Virus record (IMG/VR): IMGVR_UViG_3300036715_000866
Coordinates: 1 to 55,106 of that record
DNA length: 55,106 bases
Strand: one strand, 5' to 3'
Source: a virus
Lineage: Duplodnaviria; Caudoviricetes
A model generated the notes under the pieces. It was not told the DNA's origin, did no database searches, and saw only the letters and a list, made by a program, of their open reading frames with translations. This document shows positions 46,586 to 55,044 of this stretch, piece by piece (the stretch's first letter is position 1; each line of letters starts with the position of its first letter). A program made the translations under genes and the position numbers.

Positions 46586-48076
46586 ATGGCTGCAAGACTC
46601 ACTTCAGACGCATTCATTGCGCGCTCAATTGCCTCGCACGGCGGCCGTTACGACTACTCGCGCGTTCAGTACAAAACCACCATGCAGCCGGTCGAGATTG
46701 TCTGCCCGGTGCACGGGGCATTCTGGCAGCGACCAAATCACCACATGGACGGAAAAGGCTGCCCGGCCTGCAAAGCAGCCGGAACGTCAAGCCGGCTCCG
46801 AGACCATGCGGATACGTTCATCGCCAAGGCGCGCGCCGTGCATGGCGACCGCTTCGACTACTCTCACGTCGCCTACGTTAAGTCATCGCTCAAGGTGGAG
46901 ATCCACTGCACGATACATGGCGCGTTCTGGCAAACTCCGAACAGCCACCTTGGACGCGCGGCTGGCTGTCCGAAGTGCGCCGGCAAGGGTATGAGCACGG
47001 CCGACTTCGTGGACAAGGCGCGCGCGGTTCATGGCGATGCCTTCGGATACCAGGACGCAGACTATCGCGGCATCAAGTCTGCGGTCACCGTCACATGCGC
47101 CAAGCATGGCAACATCCACCAGACGGCGGAGATCCACTTGGCAGGGAACGGCTGCCATCTGTGCTGGGGCGAAGCGACTTCGAGCCAGGCAGAATCAGAA
47201 CTTGCCGATTGGTGCGCATCGCTCGGCGTGCGCGTGCTGCGCAATGATCGCGCCGCGCTTGGACGCATGGAAATCGACATCTACCTGCCCGACCAGCAGA
47301 TCGGCATCGAGTTCAACGGCTGCTACTGGCATAGCCACCGCGTTCAGAAGAACAGCCGCCAGCACGAGTTCAAACACGAGGCGGCCAGGCGATCCGGCAT
47401 CCGGCTGATCACGGTATGGGATTACGACTGGCTGCACCGGCAAGCCATCGTCAAGCAGCACCTGGCGCATGCGCTTGGCCTGAATACACAAGCGCGCCTC
47501 AACGCCCGCTCTTGCAGCGTGGTGGAGTTGGCGCCGGCCCAGGCGAACGCGCTTTATGCAGAACACCACTTGCAAGGCGCCTGCCGTGGTGCCGTCGCCA
47601 GCTATGGGCTGGTTCATGACAGAAAACTGGTCGCATCAATGTCGTTTACCCAGGGCGGCCATCGGCGCGGCTTGATCGCGGCGCACGAATACGAACTGGC
47701 CCGCTACGCCACGTCGGCATCGGTGCGCGGCGGTGCCAGTCGATTGTTATCCGCCTTCGTCGCCCAGCATGCGCCGCGCGTTATCTGGTCGTTCTCGGAC
47801 GATCAGCACTTTGACGGCGGCCTCTACCCGTTGCTCGGTTTCGCTCAAGACGGCCGCATTCCTGCCGACTACCGAGTCGTAGACCCGCGCACGCTGCGCA
47901 CCTGGCACAAGAGCTTGTGGCAGCGCAAGAGTATCCCGCTCCGGCTGCGCGAGATGGGCAGAGCCGAATTGTTCGACCCAGCCAGCGACCCGCGTACCGA
48001 GTACCAAATGCACGATGTTGCCAAGGTCTTGCGCGTCTACGATTCAGGGAAAACGCGCTGGGTGTGGCGCGGCTGA
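46586..48076 (+). CDS. Hef-like free-standing homing endonuclease
   Basis: Three HG..(Y/F).Y...C..HG...H..G.GC..C repeats (DUF723-like); EIDIYLP...IEFNGCYWH; GGASRL; YDSGK. Confidence 0.8.
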   Translation: MAARLTSDAFIARSIASHGGRYDYSRVQYKTTMQPVEIVCPVHGAFWQRPNHHMDGKGCPACKAAGTSSRLRDHADTFIAKARAVHGDRFDYSHVAYVKSSLKVEIHCTIHGAFWQTPNSHLGRAAGCPKCAGKGMSTADFVDKARAVHGDAFGYQDADYRGIKSAVTVTCAKHGNIHQTAEIHLAGNGCHLCWGEATSSQAESELADWCASLGVRVLRNDRAALGRMEIDIYLPDQQIGIEFNGCYWHSHRVQKNSRQHEFKHEAARRSGIRLITVWDYDWLHRQAIVKQHLAHALGLNTQARLNARSCSVVELAPAQANALYAEHHLQGACRGAVASYGLVHDRKLVASMSFTQGGHRRGLIAAHEYELARYATSASVRGGASRLLSAFVAQHAPRVIWSFSDDQHFDGGLYPLLGFAQDGRIPADYRVVDPRTLRTWHKSLWQRKSIPLRLREMGRAELFDPASDPRTEYQMHDVAKVLRVYDSGKTRWVWRG

Positions 48077-48295
48077 TACCACCTACAAGGAAGTGCACAC
48101 GGACCGCGACCACCGCTACATCGCCCGCACCGAGAAATGCGAATGCCGCTTCTGTTCCGCCGGCTGCCGCCGAGACTTCTTCAACTGAATCTGACAATGT
48201 CCATGAAAACCACCGCCACAACCCTTCGAGTAGAAATCATGCCGCACAATCTTAGGTGGCGCCAATTCGTAGATGACGTTCAACCAGGAGGGAAC

Positions 48296-48649
48296 ATGAA
48301 GAAAGAGCGCCGCGTCAATCCGGCCATGCGCGCTGTTGTATCCTTGGCCTCTCAGATTGGCCTAAAGTCCAAGTTTTTGGCTGCCGTATATTGCCAAGAG
48401 CACCGCGTACCCGTCGGCGTCGCCTTGCGCGTCATTGCCGGGAAAACCACTGCATCAGAAAAGAAGGGCAATCCCGCGATCAACGCCTACGATGACGCGA
48501 CCGCCAGGGTAATGAATTTGGTTCATGACCTTATCGACCACGTCAACCTGCACCGGCAGATTCCACGCGATCGAATCAACTTTGGCCACGTCGGCGACAT
48601 GAACCGCATCGCCAACGGCCTGCGCGATCTGCTCCCGGAGAAGCAATGA
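48296..48649 (+). CDS. Hypothetical protein
   Basis: RBS AGGAGG before MKKERR. Confidence 0.65.
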   Translation: MKKERRVNPAMRAVVSLASQIGLKSKFLAAVYCQEHRVPVGVALRVIAGKTTASEKKGNPAINAYDDATARVMNLVHDLIDHVNLHRQIPRDRINFGHVGDMNRIANGLRDLLPEKQ

Positions 48650-48836
48650 ACCACCCCGAAGCGATGACCCCGAATGAATTCGGCGCCGCCCTGAAGACGC
48701 TTGGACTTTCCCAGCGCGTTTCGCCGAAGACACTGAGATCCACTACAACACGGCGAATCGGTACGCCACCGGCAAGACGGCTGTTCCGAAAGTAGTGGCG
48801 GAATACCTGAAGTGCCGCATCGAGAAAATTCCGTGA
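48646..48836 (+). pseudogene. Frameshifted XRE-type HTH regulator
   Basis: MTPNEFGAALKTLGLSQR, 1-nt loss at about 48719, then FAEDTEIHYNTANRYATGKTAVPKVV. Confidence 0.7.
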
Positions 48837-49060
48837 TACGCAACCTCTCCATCATCGACACCACCCCAGGCGCCGGCTGGGCGGCCCCGGAAGCCCAGGT
48901 GGCAGACTACACAGCCTGGCTGCGCGATCGCTTTCGCGCCGACCCAGGCGTTCGGCAGTACATGTTCGTCGCCGCGCGCCTAAAGCCAGTCGCCGTCAGC
49001 GGCCCCTACGCTGAGCCGTTCCGCGCCGCGCTGGCCGCTATGAGCGCCTTTTTCTCCTGA
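48833..49060 (+). CDS. Hypothetical protein
   Basis: GTGA overlap with the HTH stop. Confidence 0.55.
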   Translation: MIRNLSIIDTTPGAGWAAPEAQVADYTAWLRDRFRADPGVRQYMFVAARLKPVAVSGPYAEPFRAALAAMSAFFS

Positions 49061-49112
49061 GAGTGCTCGCCCAGGTAGCGCGCGTATTCCTCGCGCGCGT
49101 CGTTCACGTCGA

Positions 49113-49649
49113 TCATCGGTTAGCAGCCAGGGCTTCCGCCTTGAGTGCGGCATAGGCGATGCAGTCCTCGGCACTGTCGGCGTGGTAGACGGTTCGTTGC
49201 CACTGGCGCACGTCCTTGAGCACCTGGAGAAGCAACCAGCCTTCCGACTCCTTTAGGTCGCGCCCTGTGATAGCGTTGAAAGCAGCAACTGCGCGGCCCA
49301 TGCTGCGCTCTCCCTCTGGGCTGTCGTACTGAGCGGCCCGTTCCTCCATGATGGCGGCAGCTTTCTTGAGCAGTCCGGGCGCGGTCTCTGCGCGAATATC
49401 GTCAACGATCTTGTCGTAATCGTCTGACGCGGCGGCGATGGCGCGCATCTCTGCAACAGTCTCGATCAAATCGTAATGCTCTCCTTCGTTTCCGTTGGAG
49501 CCGATCACGTCAATCCGTGAATCGCCCTCATCCGCGCTCACCCAGTTGGTGAATGCGGCAGACACCCGGCACTGGGCGCAGCGGTAAGACTCCGGTGGCG
49601 CTCCTTCAAAGGCGCAGGTAGCACAGGTTTTTTCGCTCATATTCAGCAT
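49113..49649 (-). CDS. DUF6378-like phage protein with N-terminal Cys motif
   Basis: ERAAQYDSPEGERSM...FNAITG...GW...LKDVR...DSAEDCIAYAAL. Confidence 0.75.
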   Translation of the reverse strand: MLNMSEKTCATCAFEGAPPESYRCAQCRVSAAFTNWVSADEGDSRIDVIGSNGNEGEHYDLIETVAEMRAIAAASDDYDKIVDDIRAETAPGLLKKAAAIMEERAAQYDSPEGERSMGRAVAAFNAITGRDLKESEGWLLLQVLKDVRQWQRTVYHADSAEDCIAYAALKAEALAANR

Positions 49650-49710
49650 CCGCCATTAAGTAAGTGATTGATTCTACTACGAGATGAAAATTCCCATATC
49701 GGCATACGGC

Positions 49711-51828
49711 TCAGTTTGTTCGTCGCACAAAGTAGTCGCAGCCCGGCGCTGCCTGTTTCACCCGGAAGCCGCGCTGGACACACATTCCTATCGCCCCGTC
49801 GAACCCGGTGCAGCGCCCGCATACCTCTCCTTCCACCGGGACATCCAGCATCTTCGCCGCCAGGGATGCCGGCATGCCGGGGATGTTCTTTACCAATTCC
49901 GACACGTCCTTCTCCATCGGTTTCGAGTCAGGGAAGAACACCATCCCGGCCCCGTGATTCCTCGCCCAGGCAACGTCGCACAGCATGTTGGCGTAGCTGT
50001 AGTGGGGGTCGATGCCGACTTTCGCAACTTTGGCGCGCGCCTTGCGGGCCACCTGCATGCCGCCGGCCTTGGCCTTGCTCTCGTCGCCTTCGTTCTCGAC
50101 GATCAGCGCCGTCTTCGTAAAGTGGTTGAACACCCAGTCGCGCAGCAGAGCAACTCGCTCCTTCTTGCCGTTGACCATTACGTCCTGCTCCAGGGCGTCT
50201 GGGTCCGGGAACAGGCAGAACGGTACCAGCTTTCCGTTAACCACGTCGCCGCGAATCCGGAACAGGCTAGTCTGCATGCACTTGTACTGGTTCAGGTTGA
50301 CGGTGTATCTGCTGCGATCGTCCTCGGCAGTCTTCTGGTCAGACCGGCTCAACTGGTCGCCCCACAGCATCATGTCATCACGTAGGTCGCCGTAGCCAGC
50401 CAGGAACACGCGGCCCCGATGGCTGATGCCGCGCTTCTGGTCTTCGAAGTTGGCGAATCGCCTAGCGTCGTTGACGTTGGGCAACTGTTCGACCACGCAC
50501 ATCGCCACGCCAAACAGTTCCATCAATTCCGTGCAGCGCGCAAACGGGTCCAGGTCGAACACGGCCTCGACGTGGACTACGGCCTGCCGGCCATCCGGCA
50601 GCCGCTTCTTGATGATGACTGCATTGAAGCCGCCCATCTGGTCGATGCCCATGTAACAGTCGCGGCCGTGCGTCTGCCAGGTCAGGCCGATACGCATACC
50701 CTCTTCGGCCGCAGCGAGGCAGTGTGCCATCGTTACCGGCAATTGCTCTGCGTCGATGTAGGGCCGGGCCAGGGTGCGGTTGTAGAAGCTCTTTTTCTGG
50801 TGCCCGGTCTTGGCGCGGTTGTACCCCTCGATCATTGCGCGCGGCGTCATGCGCGGGCTGATCGTGCGCGGCAACAGGAACGACCTGATAGTTCTGCTTG
50901 CGTTCGGCGCCGTCTCGACCACTTCGCCGATTTGAGGGTCTTGTATCCAGCCGCCGCAGACCGGGCAGGTCCAGACGTACTCATTCATCGGCGCCCCCGG
51001 AAACTGCCCGTTGTTGTAGCCGATCGATTTGTCCGGGAAGATGCCGGCCGGGTCGGATAGGTCGGACAGGGCATCGCAATGCGGGCAGCGGGTGTGCCAC
51101 ACCTCCTGGGTCCCCTTCATGTACCAGTAATTGATGTCGTATTCCGGCATGTTGGCAGTGGACAGCATCAAGGCGAAGCCGATTTCCGAGTCGCCCATCC
51201 GCGCCAGCACCTTGTCAATGTGGTCCAGCGCAATTTCCTGGACTTCGTCTAAGCTGACGATGTCCATCGGCCTGGATTCGGTCGTCACCTTGCCGGTCGT
51301 CCAGAGGAACAGGAACATCGACTCGCCCATGACGCGGGTGAGGATGTTGCCCTCTCCGACGCGCTTGGATTTGCCCTCTTCATCGGGCCGGAAGATCAGC
51401 CGGCGTAACAGGTCCGGCACTGAGCGCACGATGCGCATGAACCGGTGCTCGCTCTTGTGGCTGGCCGTGGCCTGGTCTGGCATGAACATGCCGACCGTGA
51501 TCGGGCCGAACTTCAGCGCCATGTAGATGTGCGCCAACACCTCCCAGACGGTCAGGCCCAACTGGGTGGACTTCTGCACCACCAGGATGCGCCCGGCCGC
51601 CTCTTCCGGCGTTGTCGGGATGGCATCGTAGATCGGGATCAGCGCCGGACGGTTGTCCAGGGTGAACGGCTTTCCGTCGATCTTCATGCCGCGCGCGGCG
51701 AGGTCGTTGCACCACTGGCGGAAGGTCATCTCGCGGGGTAAGGTCTTGCTACCATGCGGCAACTTGGCGGTTATTTTCGCCATTGCCGCTTCAAGCCCTC
51801 CTCTAAGGTCAAAGTTTCGCTTGCCCAT
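49711..51828 (-). CDS. terL: Terminase large subunit (GpA-like)
   Basis: QKSTQLGLT, LDEVQE, LSTAN, CPHC/CPVC, MGIDQ, DPHYSYAN. Confidence 0.92.
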   Translation of the reverse strand: MGKRNFDLRGGLEAAMAKITAKLPHGSKTLPREMTFRQWCNDLAARGMKIDGKPFTLDNRPALIPIYDAIPTTPEEAAGRILVVQKSTQLGLTVWEVLAHIYMALKFGPITVGMFMPDQATASHKSEHRFMRIVRSVPDLLRRLIFRPDEEGKSKRVGEGNILTRVMGESMFLFLWTTGKVTTESRPMDIVSLDEVQEIALDHIDKVLARMGDSEIGFALMLSTANMPEYDINYWYMKGTQEVWHTRCPHCDALSDLSDPAGIFPDKSIGYNNGQFPGAPMNEYVWTCPVCGGWIQDPQIGEVVETAPNASRTIRSFLLPRTISPRMTPRAMIEGYNRAKTGHQKKSFYNRTLARPYIDAEQLPVTMAHCLAAAEEGMRIGLTWQTHGRDCYMGIDQMGGFNAVIIKKRLPDGRQAVVHVEAVFDLDPFARCTELMELFGVAMCVVEQLPNVNDARRFANFEDQKRGISHRGRVFLAGYGDLRDDMMLWGDQLSRSDQKTAEDDRSRYTVNLNQYKCMQTSLFRIRGDVVNGKLVPFCLFPDPDALEQDVMVNGKKERVALLRDWVFNHFTKTALIVENEGDESKAKAGGMQVARKARAKVAKVGIDPHYSYANMLCDVAWARNHGAGMVFFPDSKPMEKDVSELVKNIPGMPASLAAKMLDVPVEGEVCGRCTGFDGAIGMCVQRGFRVKQAAPGCDYFVRRTN

Positions 51829-52445
51829 CAGAGGAAGGCAGCCGTGGTCATTCCGTAGGCGCGGTTCAACTCGGCCATGCGGTCAAGAATTTCCTGCTGG
51901 GCCTCGGGCGAGACCTGCCCAACCGCCTCGGTGACCGCCTTGAAGAAGGCCTCCAGCCTGTTTACGTCGGCGAGAAATTCCATGACAGAAGCCGACGCCT
52001 TGATGGCGTCGAGACGAATTCGCGCCGATTGCATCAAGGTTTTGGTGGATTTGATCTTAGCCTTTCCGTCTTCTCCCGTTACGAGCGCCGCGTCCCGCAA
52101 CAGGTCAGCCGCGCGCAATGCCTCGTTCAGATGCACCAGGTAGTCGATTGTCTGGCTGACGTTCTCGACGCCGTTCTGAATCACCGTCCCAGGCGCCAGA
52201 GGCATTGGCATCAAATCTTTCGCCCGATGGACCTCGCGGATGACTCTTTGCGTCGCCTTCTTTGATACGCGCCCGGTCGCGCCGGCCGCGCCGTTCTTGA
52301 AATTCTTGATGGCCCGCCAGAAGCTCGATTCCGACACCCCCGGGAATTCCGCCCGCACAAGCGCCCACTTCGCCATCCCGTGCTCGCTTACGTGAGCAAC
52401 GATGGCGCGTTCAAGACCTTGGAAATCGACCTTACTCTCGTCCAA
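51828..52445 (-). CDS. Probable terminase small subunit
   Basis: N-terminal HTH-like segment and helical body, directly upstream of terL; TTG start. Confidence 0.6.
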   Translation of the reverse strand: MDESKVDFQGLERAIVAHVSEHGMAKWALVRAEFPGVSESSFWRAIKNFKNGAAGATGRVSKKATQRVIREVHRAKDLMPMPLAPGTVIQNGVENVSQTIDYLVHLNEALRAADLLRDAALVTGEDGKAKIKSTKTLMQSARIRLDAIKASASVMEFLADVNRLEAFFKAVTEAVGQVSPEAQQEILDRMAELNRAYGMTTAAFL

Positions 52446-52504
52446 CTGTCAGCCCTAAGTGTTTGATTTGTCGCTTTACTTCCAGATACTTTCAATGAAC
52501 GTTC

Positions 52505-52519
52505 AGATTACTGTCACGA
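52505..52519 (-). promoter_or_regulatory. Putative late promoter TCGTGAC-AG-TAATCT
   Basis: Heads the terminase operon. Confidence 0.7.
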
Positions 52520-52604
52520 TGGTTGAAAGTTGGTTCAAATAAGCACGACTTGAGCCACTACCGCAGCAACTTCGGTATCTACCGGATACCGCCCCGCTTA
52601 TGAT

Positions 52605-52703
52605 CATCGGCCCCTTGCCGGGGCCTGTTATGCTCACCTGACTCATACTGCCCGATAGAACCGCCCCGTTTCTGTGCCGATCACGCCGTTGAAATCCGGC
52701 TCC
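52605..52703. repeat. Direct repeat A, copy 1
   Basis: Identical to 55008-55106; contains the ggcccc-ttgcc-ggggcc hairpin and the 3' end of gene 52643..52870. Confidence 0.95.
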
Positions 52704-52870
52704 CCGTCTTCGTCCACCGGCAAATCGGCTGGGTTGATCTCGATCGCTTCGAATGCCGTGAAAGCCTCGCGCGGTGTGTAGAGGACTTCGCCATCACAAT
52801 CGTACCCACGAGCCACTGCCTGGTCGATTTCAACGTAGCTATCGCAACCGTTCCAAACAATCTTCGTCAT
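52643..52870 (-). CDS. Small acidic early protein
   Basis: RBS AGGAGA and promoter supplied by repeat B. Confidence 0.8.
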   Translation of the reverse strand: MTKIVWNGCDSYVEIDQAVARGYDCDGEVLYTPREAFTAFEAIEINPADLPVDEDGEPDFNGVIGTETGRFYRAV

Positions 52871-52980
52871 GATCTTTTCTCCTAGGTTTGCGGTTTGGGC
52901 CTATCCCTAACCGTTGAATCTAGTCTAGTCCGCTATCGGAATAATGTCAAGCCTTTTTTCAAAATATTTTGCATCATCTC
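52867..52980 (-). repeat. Repeat B copy 1: UP element + sigma70 promoter + stem-loop + RBS/ATG
   Basis: TTGACA(52945-50)-17-TAGACT(52922-27); 114 bp, 4 mismatches to 53593-53706. Confidence 0.92.
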
Positions 52981-53082
52981 GCGGGTCATATATTCGTCGC
53001 CTCCAAATATCCTCCAGCATCGTTTACAAATAATCCACCCACGCATTGCTGGCCGTCCGCAGTGTTCGCATTTCATCGGCAT
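52933..53082 (-). CDS. Small Zn-finger ORF whose end is supplied by repeat B
   Basis: RBS AGGAG; MPMKCEHC...CKRC. Confidence 0.55.
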   Translation of the reverse strand: MPMKCEHCGRPAMRGWIICKRCWRIFGGDEYMTREMMQNILKKGLTLFR

Positions 53083-53091
53083 GTCTCCTAG

Positions 53092-53159
53092 GTATAACGA
53101 TTCGAGCAACCCGGAAGCTGACGATAAAGCCGCCTGCACCTGTTAGCCATCGGTTATAT
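53092..53159 (+). other. attC-like site (degenerate)
   Basis: GTATAAC-N5-GAGCAACC...GTTAGC-N5-GTTATAT. Confidence 0.45.
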
Positions 53160-53351
53160 CTCTTCCTCCGGCGGCTTCATCTTGTACAGCCGCCTGAGGG
53201 CTTTTTCGATCATCACCGGCCCGCTTTCCTCACGGGCCGGCGCCGTCAGCCAGTCCCGCAACCACTGCGGGAGCTTGGTGTTGTACGGCACCTTTTTCAG
53301 GTGCTTTGGGGCGGGTTTCCTGCCCGCACCTTCTCGTGCCCCTCCGCTCAT
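53154..53351 (-). CDS. Small DNA-binding protein (GGAREGAGRK + RHH-like)
   Basis: MSGGAREGAGRKP...TKLPQWLRDWL. Confidence 0.75.
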   Translation of the reverse strand: MSGGAREGAGRKPAPKHLKKVPYNTKLPQWLRDWLTAPAREESGPVMIEKALRRLYKMKPPEEEI

Positions 53352-53596
53352 TCCTCGCCCCACGCGTTCTCGGCTTTCTGCATGACATCGCCAAACCGCT
53401 CGAACTCATCGGACAGGTCGGCTAGTTCAGGGTTTTCTGCATCGGTCTTTGCATATTGCGCTAGGTCGCCCCACGAATCCTCACGATTGATAGCGTCGAG
53501 CGTTACGGAATCCCGCTGGGCTAACGTCGATACGAGCATGGTGCGGAATTCGTTGATTTTGGTATTGGTGGTTTCAAACAGTTCGTTTTGGCTCAT
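53348..53596 (-). CDS. Small acidic early protein
   Basis: Start supplied by repeat B copy 2. Confidence 0.8.
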   Translation of the reverse strand: MSQNELFETTNTKINEFRTMLVSTLAQRDSVTLDAINREDSWGDLAQYAKTDAENPELADLSDEFERFGDVMQKAENAWGEE

Positions 53597-53706
53597 GATC
53601 TTTTCTCCTAGGTTTGCGGTTTGGGCCTATCCCTAACCGTTGAATCTAGTCTAGCCCGCTATCGGAATGATGTCAAGTCCTTTTTCAAAATATTTTGCAT
53701 CATCTC
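53593..53706 (-). repeat. Repeat B copy 2 (early promoter cassette)
   Basis: TTGACA(53671-76)-17-TAGACT(53648-53). Confidence 0.92.
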
Positions 53707-53711
53707 CAGAG

Positions 53712-53800
53712 GCATAACACTGCGCTCAACACGGGCGCCAGTATTCCCTGTTCACTTCGTGGTTACGTCCTCGCCGCGCCCGCCTAAACTGGCGTTCGCT
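53712..53800 (+). other. attC-like site (degenerate or chimeric)
   Basis: GCATAAC-ACTGC-GCTCAAC...CGCCTAA-ACTGGC-GTT. Confidence 0.45.
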
Positions 53801-53988
53801 GACTCAAGCCAATCGATGCGCGGCTGTTCTTTCCTGAGCGCGTAATACTCCACCTGCACCTTTGCGCTGCCAATCATCTTCCCGGCCAAGTTCGCCAATT
53901 CCGCGGCTTCACTCGGCTTGATCGTGCCGGCCTTCAGTTGCTCGAAGGTCTGCGCCAGCTCTTCCCGTAATTCCTCGCAGTTTTTCAT
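53752..53988 (-). CDS. Conserved hypothetical phage protein
   Basis: ELANLAGKMIGSAKVQVEY; C-terminus runs into the attC-like site. Confidence 0.75.
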   Translation of the reverse strand: MKNCEELREELAQTFEQLKAGTIKPSEAAELANLAGKMIGSAKVQVEYYALRKEQPRIDWLESANASLGGRGEDVTTK

Positions 53989-54275
53989 TTCGTCATCTCC
54001 GTTTCTGCAAACAAGTCCATCGTTAGTGTGTCTACTTCTGGCACTTTGTCGCCTGCCAGAACAAATGCCGTACAGCGCGAGCCGGATTCATCCTCAACCC
54101 ACTCTTTCACTGGCCCGCGAAAAGCGGCAGCAATCAGTTCACACAGTTCGTTGTCATCGCATTCATCAAAGTCCGCGCCTTCACGCATCGCCTTGTCGCG
54201 CTGGCAGCGACGGCACCACGTATCGATAAATACGACGGCTTCGGTTCCGTTTGATGTTGTGTAAATCTCAGCCAT
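53985..54275 (-). CDS. Cys-rich phage protein (SNGTE...WCxxC family)
   Basis: SNGTE...WCRRC...C...EW...CTAF. Confidence 0.75.
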   Translation of the reverse strand: MAEIYTTSNGTEAVVFIDTWCRRCQRDKAMREGADFDECDDNELCELIAAAFRGPVKEWVEDESGSRCTAFVLAGDKVPEVDTLTMDLFAETEMTK

Positions 54276-54729
54276 TTCTGCATTCCCTTTCAATCATCAG
54301 TTGCAGGCGCTTGCACTCAATCAATACTTCCGGCACTTGCTTTACCGTCGAACGTTCCGGGTGGCAAAGCAGACGCCGCACGTAGTAGTCGCTCAACCGT
54401 TCGCGGCCTCTCTTCATCTTCTTGCGCCGCGCTTCGGCGGCTTTCTCCGGGTTCGCTGCGGCCCAAGCAATCAGCGCCGCCCGCCCTTGTTTGGCATATT
54501 TTTCCTTGCGCGCTGCCGCCATCTTGTCTTTCACCCCGTTTGCGTTCTCCGCATACCGCACCCGGTATTGCGCGTTCCGTTTTTCACGATTTGCTGCGTG
54601 TTGCGCTCTGCGCTTGGCAAGGTGGCAGTCGTTGCAGTAGCGCATTACAGTTTTTTTGTCGCTGTGCAGCCGGTATTCGCTTTCCTGTTTTTCTTTGCCG
54701 CAGCACGTACATGTTTTCATCGTCGTCAT
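54268..54729 (-). CDS. Basic Zn-finger protein (HNH-associated N-terminal type)
   Basis: KTCTCCGKEK...YCNDC; no clear HNH core. Confidence 0.7.
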   Translation of the reverse strand: MTTMKTCTCCGKEKQESEYRLHSDKKTVMRYCNDCHLAKRRAQHAANREKRNAQYRVRYAENANGVKDKMAAARKEKYAKQGRAALIAWAAANPEKAAEARRKKMKRGRERLSDYYVRRLLCHPERSTVKQVPEVLIECKRLQLMIERECRNG

Positions 54730-54799
54730 CTAACTCTCGCTTCAAGCGGGACGCGGCGCTATAAAGCCGGCGCATCGCCACTTAAACTATGCGTTGGTG
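54728..54799 (+). other. attC-like site (best of three)
   Basis: ATCTAAC-N5-CTTCAAGC...ACTTAAA-N6-GTTGGTG with canonical 5/6 spacing and an extra C in L''. Confidence 0.65.
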
Positions 54800-54807
54800 G
54801 TATTTGA

Positions 54808-55044
54808 TTGAATCTTATCGAAGCCATCGACAGGCTCATTACTGAAAGAGGTTCTTCTGCCGTTCTTGATAAGCACCTCTCGTTCATCAGAGATCAAGCA
54901 CAGGCTCTCGAAAAGCAAGTCGACGCACTTAAAAAAGAAAACTCCGGACTCATAACAGAGCTTGGCGAATGCCAATCCAATCTTGCTACCAAATCTAGTC
55001 AAAATTACATCGGCCCCTTGCCGGGGCCTGTTATGCTCACCTGA
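54808..55044 (+). pseudogene. Lower-GC cassette-like gene truncated by repeat A
   Basis: Starts 15 nt after the G of the attC GTT; coiled coil; last 12 codons come from repeat A at 55008. Confidence 0.55.
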
